NCBI GenBank assembly: GCA_029547045.1
Contig: JAKPQL010000063.1
Location: 119,727 to 183,726 of the forward strand
From: Deltaproteobacteria bacterium
GTDB taxonomy: Bacteria; Desulfobacterota; Desulfomonilia; UBA1062
Length of the DNA: 64,000 bases
Direction of reading: 5' to 3'
This document shows positions 51,574 through 61,480 of the stretch, piece by piece. The notes under the pieces are model-generated. The model worked only from the letters and a program-made list of their open reading frames with translations. It had not been told where the DNA came from and made no database searches. The position numbers were made by a program, and so were the translations under genes. The number at the start of each line of letters is the position of its first letter. Positions within the stretch are counted from its first letter, which is position 1.

Positions 51574-53271
51574 CTAGGCAATGATGTCGAGCCTGCCGGC
51601 CTCGATGAAGCGGCCCGCGGGCGCATAGCCGTGCCCGTACTCCCCTGTCTCCCTCCCGGGGTTCCGGGAGCCCTGCTCCCTTCCCTGCTGGCCGGACCCG
51701 CCGCGGTTCCCTTCGTTTCCGAGCCAGGCCAGGGCCTGCCGGTGGTCCCGCGCGGTAAAGGTGTCCGTGGTCACCACGAACTGGGTGGCCTTGATGCCCT
51801 GCTCGGACAGGGCGTCCTTCAGCACGTGCATGTTCTGCTGGATGATGTCGCGGGTGAGGGGCTGGTCCACCTTGAAGGAGGCCATGACCCGGCCGTCCTC
51901 CACGCGGATGTCGATGTCCACCCGGCCGAGCAGGGGCGGGTTGAGCCGCAGCGTCAGGGAACCCTCGCCGCTCTTTGCGTATGCCGGAACCGCCTGTCTG
52001 ATCTGGTCCACGACCTCCCGGGTGTAGTGCCGGGTCACCACGGAGGCGTCATCCGAGACCTGGCGGACAAGGGCCTCGAGCATGCCCTTGTCGAACACCG
52101 CAGGCGCCAGGGTGGTGGCCACCTCCGGCGCGTGGGTCTTCACCATGGTCTCGATCCCCGCGAACTCCTCCTCCGAGAGGGCACCCTTGAGCATGCCCAG
52201 GGCATCCACGGCCTGCCGGGGGAGCTCGGTGTCCGCTTTGGCGGACAGGACCGCGGATATCCTGGCCGTGGCCTCCTGCACGGCGGCGTGTCGTACCTGG
52301 GAGTCGGTGGCGAAGACAAGGTCACGCGCAAGACCCTTCGGGATGTTGAAGGTGTCTTCCAGGGCATCCACCATGGCGGCGACCTGGACCGTCACCTCCG
52401 GGGCCGTCGCAGCAGCGGGCTGGATTGTCACCTGGGATGCCGTGACGGCGGCGGCCTGGACTGCTGACTCAGGGCTCGTCGGCACGGCTGCCGGGCCGCT
52501 GGAAAGACCCGTAGTGCCCGCAGCTGCTGCCTGCGCCTGGGCAGGACGTGTGAAAAGGACATGGCGGCCTTCAGACAGTTCCGCATGGGGGTGCTTTACC
52601 ACCTCTGCTACGGACTCCTGGATCTGGGAGACGATCTTTGTGATGTCTGACGGCGTCGTCGTGGCCTGGGCCGCTGGTTGTTCCGGCGTGCCGGGCACGC
52701 CCTGGCGAAAGCCCCTGGATACGATGAACTGCGCCACCACCGCGTCATAGGTGGCCTGGTCCGCGGTGGCCAGGGTGATGAGCCGGCCGGTTTCCACCGG
52801 GCCTGCGCCGGTCTGCTGGCCGAGCCATGTCGAGATCGACTCGGCAAGTTTTGCCTTGAGGTCGTTCACTGCAGCGGGGTCTGAGAAGATCTGCGCAATG
52901 TCCGCGTCCTTGAATCCGCAGGACGCGAGGATGGCCTTCAGCCCCTCGTCGGAGAGCCCCTGGGGAGTGCCCGCAAGGAGCGCCCGGGCATCATCGCTGC
53001 CCAGGCCCAGCGACTTGAGCGCAGCAAGGAACTGGAACAGCGGTGTTGCCTGGGGCATCGCAGTGATGGCGGCGAGGAGTTCCCCGTCGAGGGTCTCCCG
53101 GGCCTGCAGGGCCTGTCCGAACAGGGCCGCACCCGCTCTGGGCCCACCGGAGAGGGCTGCCTGGAGCTGGGCATCGAATCCCTGGGGGGTGTTCCCGTGG
53201 CCCATGACGCGCTGCAGCAGACCCATTGCCCCGCTGGCAATACCCATCAGTGCTGCTAGGGGTGATGGCAT
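51574..53271 (-). CDS. fliK: Flagellar hook-length control protein FliK
   Basis: C-terminal LRLNPPLLGRVDI...LKDALSEQG; upstream of flgD. Confidence 0.9.
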   Translation of the reverse strand: MPSPLAALMGIASGAMGLLQRVMGHGNTPQGFDAQLQAALSGGPRAGAALFGQALQARETLDGELLAAITAMPQATPLFQFLAALKSLGLGSDDARALLAGTPQGLSDEGLKAILASCGFKDADIAQIFSDPAAVNDLKAKLAESISTWLGQQTGAGPVETGRLITLATADQATYDAVVAQFIVSRGFRQGVPGTPEQPAAQATTTPSDITKIVSQIQESVAEVVKHPHAELSEGRHVLFTRPAQAQAAAAGTTGLSSGPAAVPTSPESAVQAAAVTASQVTIQPAAATAPEVTVQVAAMVDALEDTFNIPKGLARDLVFATDSQVRHAAVQEATARISAVLSAKADTELPRQAVDALGMLKGALSEEEFAGIETMVKTHAPEVATTLAPAVFDKGMLEALVRQVSDDASVVTRHYTREVVDQIRQAVPAYAKSGEGSLTLRLNPPLLGRVDIDIRVEDGRVMASFKVDQPLTRDIIQQNMHVLKDALSEQGIKATQFVVTTDTFTARDHRQALAWLGNEGNRGGSGQQGREQGSRNPGRETGEYGHGYAPAGRFIEAGRLDIIA

Positions 53272-53307
53272 GTTCGCCTCCGCACACAAGTCGTTGCCCC
53301 TCCCATG

Positions 53308-53323
53308 AGCAACCATGATGCCA
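53308..53323 (-). promoter_or_regulatory. Sigma54 promoter of fliK-flgD-flgE
   Basis: TGGCAT-CATGG-TTGCT. Confidence 0.8.
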
Positions 53324-53690
53324 GGGGCCTGCGGAGCGTGGATTTTCCAAGACGATCAGGGGTGAGTTCCGATCCTGGGAGGGAAAATATTCACCTCCCG
53401 GGTGCAAATGTTGCCTGATGAGGGGGATATGCCGGGCATGGTTTCCCTGGCTTTCCTCCGACCGCGCTCCGGGCATATCATGCGGAGCAGACCTTTCAGC
53501 CCCCGGACCGGGTGGTGAAACACGACGTCAGGGAGGCCAGGGGTGCGGACGCGGCCGCCTGCAGCCCCTGGACCGGGGGTACTCAATGGACCGCCGGGCG
53601 GTCTACCGGGGAGCCCGGAGGCTCCGGGGCACGGACCCGAGGACCTTCCAGGTGCCGCAGCCGTAAGGGCAGGGCACGGTGTGTCACCAG

Positions 53691-54192
53691 TCAGTGCTGG
53701 ACAACGATCTCGAACACCCCGTCACCGTCCTCGTCCAGCCCCAGCAGCTTGGTACTGTAATCGAATGTCGCCCGGGTGGGCCCGCCCGCAGGACCGGTTC
53801 CACCGGTGACCATGATGGAACCGCTGATGAAGGAATCCTCATCGACCAGCAGCTGCTCGACGGTGGTGAAATCCACGTACCCATGGTCCTGATGGTAGAA
53901 GCGCATGGAAAACACGTGCTCCTCCTGATCGCCGAAGTCCCGGATGTCTTCCATGGCATGCTCCACCTTGAAGGTCCTGTTCCTGGTGACATTGGTAATG
54001 AACGGAATAGAACAGCAGATCGTTCACGTTATCCCTGGTGAGGATGGCCTGAGTGGTCGGACCCGTATACGGATCCTCGGTCACTACCGCCCCGCCGTCG
54101 CCGCCACTCCCTCCGCCTCCACCGCAGGATGCGGAAAGAATCAGGGCAAATGCCAGGCATGCCGGAATACAACGAGTTGTCGTTCCTCCCAT
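53691..54192 (-). pseudogene. Frameshifted or internally deleted lipoprotein
   Basis: Lipobox SASC plus Gly linker in one frame; C-terminal part (...FYHQDHGYVDF...DEDGDG) in another frame, switch near 54000. Confidence 0.6.
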
Positions 54193-54438
54193 GGTCGTGA
54201 TCCTCCCATAGAAACACTTCAGGGTGTATCCGTCCGGATGGCGACAGCCCGGACGGGCACCGGAAGCCCCACTCTAGCAGAAACCGCCACGAACTGACAC
54301 GAATGGCAGGGCCTGGATGAGGGCACGGCACACAGGCCGTTTTCATTTTCCTCCCCCCACATGACGATACATGGGTATGGCCTCGATGCCTGAGACCGCT
54401 GTAGAACCCATGGGAATGGAGCGGAAGGAGCCTGTACG

Positions 54439-55890
54439 ATGAAGCAATGCTGCGCATACCACCCCACCAGGCCAGCCCTGTGGCAGTGCCCGGAGTGCAG
54501 CACCCTGTTCTGCCCGGACTGCATGGCCCGGCAGTCCCTGGGCCCGGGACGGACCCTGAACCTGTGCCCGAGGTGCAGCGTGCCGGCCACGAGGCTGGGC
54601 CTGGCGAACATGATAGAGCCGTTCTGGAACAGGATCCCGCAGTTCTTCACCTACCCCTTCACCCCCCGCTCCGCAGCCCTCATCGTGCTGCTGGCCGTCA
54701 TGGTGGCCGCCCTCTACTCCGAGGACAGCAGGGGCATGTCCGGGTTCCTGGCCACCATCGCCTCCCTGGTCATGCTCAAGTACTCCTTCGCGGCCCTGAG
54801 GCGCACGGCCCACGGCGACCTGAACCCCCCGGAGATGAGCCAGGAGACCATCTCCGAAGACTTTCACATCGTGTTCATGGTCTCGGTCATCTACGGCATG
54901 GTGTTCGGCATCGGTTTTGTCCTCATGGGCATCTTCGGGATCGGTCTCGGCCTGGTGGGCCTGAGCCTTCTCATGTTCCTGGTGCCGGCCATGGTCATCG
55001 TCCTGGCCACGAGCACCAGCGTGGGCAAGGCGCTGAACCCCTACTATTTCGGACGCCTGGCAGCGAGGATGGGCAAGGGCTACCTCATCATGTACTTATT
55101 CTGCCAGATCCTCCAGGCAGCGCCCCTGCTCGTCATCTGGGTCCTGAGCCCACATCTGCCGCCCCGGCTGACCGTGTTCCTCTACACCCTGGCCCTGAAC
55201 TACTACACCCTGGTCACCTTCCACCTCATGGGCTACGCCATCCTCCAGTACCACGAGGAGATCGGCTACGAGGTGGAGCACGAGGACAGGTTCCTCACGC
55301 ACGGCCAAAACGGCCTGAAGGCCGCCCCGGCCACCAGGGAGCAGGCCCTGGTGAACCGGCTGAACATCCACATCACGGACGGCCGTATCGACGAGGCCAT
55401 CGCGCTGGTGAAGAAGGAAACCGGCGGAGAGATAGACGACCTGGAGGTCTCGGGCAAGTACTACCACCTCCTCAAGGCCGGGCAGAAGACGCCCGAGCTC
55501 CTGGAGCACGCGCAGAGACACCTCGAACTCCTCCTCAGGGCGGGCAAGAAGGACGGCCTGGAGACCACCTACCGCGAGTGCGTTGAGCTCGACAGGCAGT
55601 TCACACCGTCAGGCCCCCTGACCATGCGGCTCGCCGAGAACCTGAGCTCATCCGGCGACCCCCGCGAGGCGGTGAACCTCCTGAACCGCTTCATCAAGAA
55701 GAACCCGGACGCCCCCCAGACGCCGCATGCGTACCTGAAGGCGGCGGACATCTTCCTGGGCCGCCTCATGGACCCCCACAAGGCAGTGCAGATCCTGCGC
55801 CACCTGAAGAGGAGCTACCCGGACCACGAGATCATGGCGGACGTGGAGCAGAACCTGCACAAGATAAGCCTTTCCCACGGCATTCAATAG
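54439..55890 (+). CDS. Zinc-finger, multi-TM (DUF4013-like) and TPR-like membrane protein
   Basis: CAYHP...CPEC...CPDC...CPRC; several TMs; helical repeat C-terminus; AAGGAG RBS. Confidence 0.82.
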   Translation: MKQCCAYHPTRPALWQCPECSTLFCPDCMARQSLGPGRTLNLCPRCSVPATRLGLANMIEPFWNRIPQFFTYPFTPRSAALIVLLAVMVAALYSEDSRGMSGFLATIASLVMLKYSFAALRRTAHGDLNPPEMSQETISEDFHIVFMVSVIYGMVFGIGFVLMGIFGIGLGLVGLSLLMFLVPAMVIVLATSTSVGKALNPYYFGRLAARMGKGYLIMYLFCQILQAAPLLVIWVLSPHLPPRLTVFLYTLALNYYTLVTFHLMGYAILQYHEEIGYEVEHEDRFLTHGQNGLKAAPATREQALVNRLNIHITDGRIDEAIALVKKETGGEIDDLEVSGKYYHLLKAGQKTPELLEHAQRHLELLLRAGKKDGLETTYRECVELDRQFTPSGPLTMRLAENLSSSGDPREAVNLLNRFIKKNPDAPQTPHAYLKAADIFLGRLMDPHKAVQILRHLKRSYPDHEIMADVEQNLHKISLSHGIQ

Positions 55891-55916
55891 GAAGGATTTC
55901 CTAACGCTCGCCTGCC

Positions 55917-57407
55917 TCAGGAAGGCCCGGCCGCTCCCTGCTGCTGCACCAGCTCCCGCGCGGCCGCGGCCTCGCGGCTGTCCGGGTAGCCCTCCAGGAG
56001 CAGGCGCGCCAGGCGCAGCGACCTGTCGGTGTCCCCCTGGTCGCGGCAGGCCCTGGCAAGGGCGAACATCATGCGTGGGAGCTGTTTCGTCTCCCCATGC
56101 TCCTTGTGAAGGACCATGACGATCCCCTCCGCGTCGTCGACGAGACCACCGGCGATGAACGCGGCCCCGACGCGGACCAGGAGATCGGGCCTGATGCGGG
56201 GCTGCCCTGCGCGTTCACGGTATTCCCGGTAGAGCCTCTGGAGCTCCCGGACCTGCCTGGGGTCCTTGATCAGGCTCTCCATGAGCAGCGAAGAGGCCTC
56301 GGTGTAGGCATCGCCCGCCCCACCGAGCTTCTCCGCGTTGTAGAGCTGGGTCAGGGCGGCCCGGTGGTTCGGGTCCAGGGCCAGGACCTCGCGGAGCAGG
56401 GACCGCGCCCTGGTGATGTCGAGCTTCTCCATGGCGCGCATGGCCCCTTCGAGCAGCCCGGGGATCTTCTCGGGCACGTCCTGGTCGAACACCTTCGCAT
56501 CCGCCTTCGGCATGTAGATGCGATCGACGTAGCCCAGGGCCGAACCGCCCAGCAGCCCCCCCACGTGGGCCATGTAGGCCACGGTGCCGTACGAGTCGAG
56601 GAAGTACTGGAGGATCTCGTTGCCGATGTAGAAGGGCAGGATGGCGATGGCCGGCACCATGGTGTAGTTGAAGTAGACGCCCAGGGAGTAGAAGACCTTG
56701 ATCTTCCGGGTCCAGTAGAGCACCAGGTACGCGCCGATGAGCGCCGAGATGGCCCCGGACGCGCCCACCAGGGGGCGAATGCTGTGGAGGTTCAGGGCAC
56801 AGAAAAGCCCCACCGCGCACAGTCCGCCGACGAAGTAGATGGCCAGGTACACCGCGCGGCCGCACCCCATCTCCAGGACGCACCCCACCAGCCAGAGGAA
56901 GACCATGTTCCCCAGCAGATGGCCGAAGCTGCCGTGGAGGAACATGTGGGTGAAGGCCGTGACGACGGAGGAGTCGCCGGGCTTGAACCCGTACCGGTCG
57001 GACACCACCAGGGAGAGCTTCTCCTTGAAGTGTGCCCTCAGATCCAACCAGTGATCGTACTCCGCGTGTTCTGGCGTGATGACGAGCCCCTGGTCGAGCT
57101 CCGAGCAGAAGCGCTCGTCGCTGAACATCTCCTCGCCGTAGCGGTCCAGGTCGGCCCGGCTGAGCGTGATCTTCCCGTCCTTGCCCACGAGCTTCGGGTC
57201 CTTCTTGTCCAGGCCCTTCTCCTGGATGTACGCGCTCACCTCGATTCGCGCCAGGCCGGAGCTCAGGTAGTAGTCGTACGCCGCATACTGGTTCCGGGCG
57301 TCGTCCGCCTGGATGACGAAGTAGACCAGGCAGTTCACCGCGATGATGGCAATGGTGACAAAGGGCGGGTTCTTCCAGCTCACCTTTCCTGACAAGGGGA
57401 TAATCAT
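55917..57407 (-). CDS. Rhomboid intramembrane serine protease with TPR-like tail
   Basis: [24 protein letters not shown]. Confidence 0.93.
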   Translation of the reverse strand: MIIPLSGKVSWKNPPFVTIAIIAVNCLVYFVIQADDARNQYAAYDYYLSSGLARIEVSAYIQEKGLDKKDPKLVGKDGKITLSRADLDRYGEEMFSDERFCSELDQGLVITPEHAEYDHWLDLRAHFKEKLSLVVSDRYGFKPGDSSVVTAFTHMFLHGSFGHLLGNMVFLWLVGCVLEMGCGRAVYLAIYFVGGLCAVGLFCALNLHSIRPLVGASGAISALIGAYLVLYWTRKIKVFYSLGVYFNYTMVPAIAILPFYIGNEILQYFLDSYGTVAYMAHVGGLLGGSALGYVDRIYMPKADAKVFDQDVPEKIPGLLEGAMRAMEKLDITRARSLLREVLALDPNHRAALTQLYNAEKLGGAGDAYTEASSLLMESLIKDPRQVRELQRLYREYRERAGQPRIRPDLLVRVGAAFIAGGLVDDAEGIVMVLHKEHGETKQLPRMMFALARACRDQGDTDRSLRLARLLLEGYPDSREAAAARELVQQQGAAGPS

Positions 57408-57519
57408 ATCACAGACCTCTCATGCCCTGTGTATCTGTTCGGCAGGCAGGGTGGTGGAACATGACTCTCCAGGCAGATATGGTATACGTGCCCGGGGGGT
57501 CATGCTGCATCGTGCATCG

Positions 57520-57924
57520 CTACCCCTTTGTCCAGTCTTCAAGCTGCAGGTCAGGTATCCTCTTGAATTCGCGGAGATTGTTGGTCACCAGGGTGAGGGC
57601 TCGGCTTCGCGCCTGCGCCGCAATGAGCATATCCATGGCGCCTATCACGAGGCCTTTGCGCTCCAGATGCCACCTGATCTCACCATAATGCATGGTGGCA
57701 TGGTCATCGAACGGGATGACTTCCAGTGGTGTCGTAAAGGCAAGCAGCGCTTCCCGGTTCTGCTCGGGCCTGCTGCTCTTGGCTGCACCGTATTCCAGTT
57801 CGGCAACGGTGACGGCGGATACGGCCGCGTCCCCCGGTGAGAGCCTTCGAAGTCGGTTGACAACCTGTATGGGCTGCTGCTTGATGATGAAGATACAGAT
57901 GTTCGTGTCGAGGAGATACCGCAT
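57520..57924 (-). CDS. vapC: VapC PIN-domain toxin
   Basis: YLLDTNICI, AEL.YG, IG..DMLIAAQA, LVTNN.REF.RI..L.LEDW. Confidence 0.96.
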   Translation of the reverse strand: MRYLLDTNICIFIIKQQPIQVVNRLRRLSPGDAAVSAVTVAELEYGAAKSSRPEQNREALLAFTTPLEVIPFDDHATMHYGEIRWHLERKGLVIGAMDMLIAAQARSRALTLVTNNLREFKRIPDLQLEDWTKG

Positions 57925-58151
57925 CACAGAGCTTCCCTGAGTTGGGCAGGAGGCTGTTCCCGTTCTTCCATGAAGTCATCCGTAAACCGGTCCAGGCTCG
58001 TCACCAGAGGCTCCCACGGGTCATCCTTGGGGAGGAGGATCACGATGCGCCCGAGCCGTTTCACGTAGACCTCGGTCCCGTCAAAGCTGTATTCCTTGGG
58101 AAGCCTGACAGCCTGGCTTTTTCCATTTCTAAAGAGCTTTGCCTTGTCCAT
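57924..58151 (-). CDS. vapB: VapB (AbrB-type) antitoxin
   Basis: AKLFRNGKSQAVRLPKEY; DFMEEREQ; stop overlaps vapC start. Confidence 0.95.
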   Translation of the reverse strand: MDKAKLFRNGKSQAVRLPKEYSFDGTEVYVKRLGRIVILLPKDDPWEPLVTSLDRFTDDFMEEREQPPAQLREAL

Positions 58152-58164
58152 GGGAGACCCTCCA

Positions 58165-58207
58165 AGTATATACTGATAAGTATAGATCAGATCGCGCATG
58201 TTGTCAA
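58165..58207 (-). promoter_or_regulatory. vapBC promoter and operator
   Basis: TTGACA-17 bp-TATACT; palindrome AGTATATACT at 58165-58174. Confidence 0.8.
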
Positions 58208-58322
58208 TGAAACCGATCAAGCGGTATCGGGTTGCTATTCGTCAACACTTACACAGATCCGAACGGCTTGTTGTATCTTTTCTCAGTTGTTTGAGTTCCT
58301 TTTCTCAATGTGTTGAGAACTG

Positions 58323-60212
58323 TCAACAGATCGGTTGAAATGAACCCCTGTCGCCGGATGCAAAGTCGTTCCCGGTCCCACCGTAGATCACGTCGTCGCC
58401 CGTGTAATCCAGGTCCGTGTATACATCCGGGATGTTGCCAAACTGCACGGTGACGCTCTCCCCTTGCGCGATGATATCCACCGACCAGTTCCAGAAGGAC
58501 GTGGAGGTGCCGACACCGATGATCACACTGTCCCCGAAGATCACGTCGTCGCCCCCGCCGCCCACGATCAGGTCGTTTCCACCCGCGCCGAACATCCCGT
58601 CCCGCGCGTCGCTGCCGTATATGTAGTTGTCCCCCGGCCCGCCGTCCGCCAGGTCGCCGGTCCCTGGAAGACTGGTCGCAGTCTCGCCCGCCGCGATGAG
58701 CGCTTCCATCTCGCCGTAGTCGGCGCAGAACAGCCGGTCGTTGCCCTCACCACCGAACAGAGCGTCCACCCCGGAGTTGCCCTCCAGGATGGTGTCTTCC
58801 ATTCCAGACGTGTGAACCATATCGTTCCCTGAGCCGCCTATCAGATGGTCATATCCCTGCTCTTCATACACATTGTCATTACCGCTGCCGCCATAGATCT
58901 TGTCGTTTCCCGGTGATCCGTAATAATCGTATTCTTCATAAGTCCAGTCTTCGCCTATATAATCGGTTATATGGACAACATTGTAGGTTTCGGGGGCATA
59001 TGGCGCATCAAGCAGGTTGATGCCGAAATCCCCGGATTGGAAATCTGCACCTAGGCTGATGGTGGTGCCATCGTTAAAAGTCATTGTCCAGACATTGCCA
59101 TTCTGAAAGAGTTGTTCGCTCCCGTCGGCCGAGTACCAGATTTCTGCTGTGGAACTTTTGAATAGATCACCAATGCTGTTATAATTCCCATTCGCATCCT
59201 CTATATAAATCCTGTTTGCGCCACTGTCCGTCAGTTCATAGATCATCCCATGCTTCAGATAATACGTGTCGTATCCGCCACCGCCTGAAAGCTCATAAAA
59301 AGTTTCATGATCATTCTCACCCAGAGTAATGACATCATTCCCGGCCCCGCCATTGATCCTTATGATGCCTGCACCTTCATAAATGAAGCTGGTTTCCGAC
59401 AATGAGCTTCCCTCGCCCAAAACAACCTTGCCCATGTCGTAGATTCTATTCGTATTGGTGTCTATGGCGTGCCCCACCTTTGTTGTTCCCTTTATGAACT
59501 CATAGACTATCCCGTTGGGCTGCTCTACCACGTGAATCTTTGTAAATGGATCGTTGGGATCGAAATAGGTATATTCGCCAGTGCCGATGTAACTCCAGAT
59601 ACTGCCGAAAGCCCCTATGACTGCAGATAAATCCGCTGCGGGTATATCCCACGTTTCAAGCTTTAATAGGAAGAGGGGGATAAGACCTACCGTATATCCG
59701 GTTTCTATGCTGTCAAATGTGTTTGTATACAGCTGAGGTGTCCAGGTACCATTCTGTTCATTGTATGTTCCGGTAGGTGAATTGTAGGAGCCTGCCTGCA
59801 GCGCGGAAGCGACATCGAATATCAGTTGCTTGTCCGCATCAATAATCATCTGATTTGCCGCTGCTGTGTTACCTATCCTTCTTAACTCCTCAGCCTGATA
59901 GTATCGCCAGTCATGCGTTTTGCAGATGGCGTCCATAAGGCTGACACACTGCTCGGGAACGGCGTCGGGATTCTGTATGTTATAATTATAGCAGGGGGGT
60001 TCCGCCCATGTTACCCTTTCACCTGGGGCTTGACGTTCACCCGCGGCATACCCGGGACCGGCCCATAAACCATAGGTTGGTACAATTGAGTAAGGATATT
60101 GTTCAAAATTCCACCAATATTTCGGACCTTCCCAGCCTGTAGTGCCGATTTAATAATCTATTGGGTCTTCTGGATTTGGATCATTCGGATTGTGCCATAT
60201 TACAATTGACAT
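58323..60212 (-). pseudogene. RTX protein with N-terminal phospholipase A2 domain; premature stop and truncated C-terminus
   Basis: GAGGAGGG RBS then ATG at 60212, in frame with the 59936 ORF; TAA at 60152-60150; YGLWAGPGY...DAICKTHDWRY...AD..L; many GGxGxD repeats. Confidence 0.85.
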
Positions 60213-60262
60213 GTTATCCCTCCTCTTTAATGATCATTATAGTTTGAGCCACTCTCATATAT

Positions 60263-61480
60263 TTATCTGTAAACAATATGGGCAGGTTTATCCGGTATCA
60301 TCTTGTAGAGATGCCTGAACTCTGGGCGAATATTCCAATTTTCAATCTTGTTGGGAGTACAAGACAGATACAGGCTCTGCTGGAACTTACCATCAGTTAT
60401 AGAATAAATCCTTATTCTCAAACTGACAGATATCATTCCAAATAACTCTCCATCCGGTGACATAGTAGCAGAATCTACAGAACCGCCCGAAACCAAGAGC
60501 CTGTGGTTCCCATCAGTTGAATAGAGGAAGAACTTCCCCCCAGACATGCCTTTCTCGATAACCAGCTTGGAACCGTCCCTGCTGAGCAGAGGGGATCTGG
60601 CAAAAAACCCTGTGCCGAACGTATAATGCTCCTTGGGCAAGGCATCGCCCTTTCTCATGACGATCACACCCCCGATGTTCACCTTATGCTTCATCTGCGC
60701 CTGCTTCATCGCTTCCTCTAACTTCATGATGTTGATGTCTTCGCCGGGAAAGGCCTCCGGCAGCTCGCCGTAGTAGATGAACCGCTCATCGTCCGGGAAA
60801 TAGGAAAGATTGCTCATGTAAAAATACTTGAAAAAGGTCAGCTGCGTCTGTCGGCCGGTCGCAAGGTCCACCTCCCAGGCATCGTACTGCGCAGCGGGCG
60901 TCTTGCCGCTCCCTCGGATATACGCAGCGCGGGCATAGAGAACCTTCTTGCCGGAGTGCGAAAATACGGGATAAAGCTTGGCGCCTTTCCCCGTCGTCAC
61001 CTTCCTGTAGTTCTTCCCATCAACGTCCATGACCGCTATCTGCATCCCCCCCAGGTCCACACGGCCGCCAGCGATGGGCATGACAGAAAAGACTATCCGC
61101 TTGCCGTCATGGGACTGCCGCGCCATGGTCCATTGCTCGTTCGCCGGCGACTGATAGGCTGCCAGCTCCCCGGTCTCCAGGTCATAGACCTGTATCTGGC
61201 AGGTATTGTCCCGGCAGCGGTCAAACAGCACCTTCTTGCCGTCATGGGAAAAACTCAAATTGCTCATCGAATCCTTGTCCTTCATGTTCGCACACCCCCC
61301 CATGGCTATCATCAGGTTGAGAAAAATGAACGTTGTCAGACAGTACAGGACCGCCTTCCTGATGGACCTCGAAAGGATGCGCCCATATGGAATAAATGGT
61401 GCCAGTGTAATAAATGGGATCAAAGACGTTCTTATGCGCGCCGACATGCTTCCCTCCTCGGTCTTACCCTTCTCTCCCAT
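60263..61480 (-). CDS. TolB-like beta-propeller (PD40) probable lipoprotein
   Basis: Hydrophobic stretch then MGGC; FSHDGKKV, SHDGKRIVF, PVFSHSGKKV, FPDDER, SRDG, SPDG repeats; start uncertain. Confidence 0.8.
   Translation of the reverse strand: MGEKGKTEEGSMSARIRTSLIPFITLAPFIPYGRILSRSIRKAVLYCLTTFIFLNLMIAMGGCANMKDKDSMSNLSFSHDGKKVLFDRCRDNTCQIQVYDLETGELAAYQSPANEQWTMARQSHDGKRIVFSVMPIAGGRVDLGGMQIAVMDVDGKNYRKVTTGKGAKLYPVFSHSGKKVLYARAAYIRGSGKTPAAQYDAWEVDLATGRQTQLTFFKYFYMSNLSYFPDDERFIYYGELPEAFPGEDINIMKLEEAMKQAQMKHKVNIGGVIVMRKGDALPKEHYTFGTGFFARSPLLSRDGSKLVIEKGMSGGKFFLYSTDGNHRLLVSGGSVDSATMSPDGELFGMISVSLRIRIYSITDGKFQQSLYLSCTPNKIENWNIRPEFRHLYKMIPDKPAHIVYR

Noticed and set aside
53330-53690. ncRNA or gene in the GC-rich gap upstream of fliK
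   Set aside because: Only short hairpins expected at this GC content; probably sigma54 activator-binding space; ORFs unconvincing
60150-60152. Stop-codon recoding (Sec/Pyl) in the RTX gene
   Set aside because: The codon is TAA, and other genes here use TAA, TAG and TGA as normal stops
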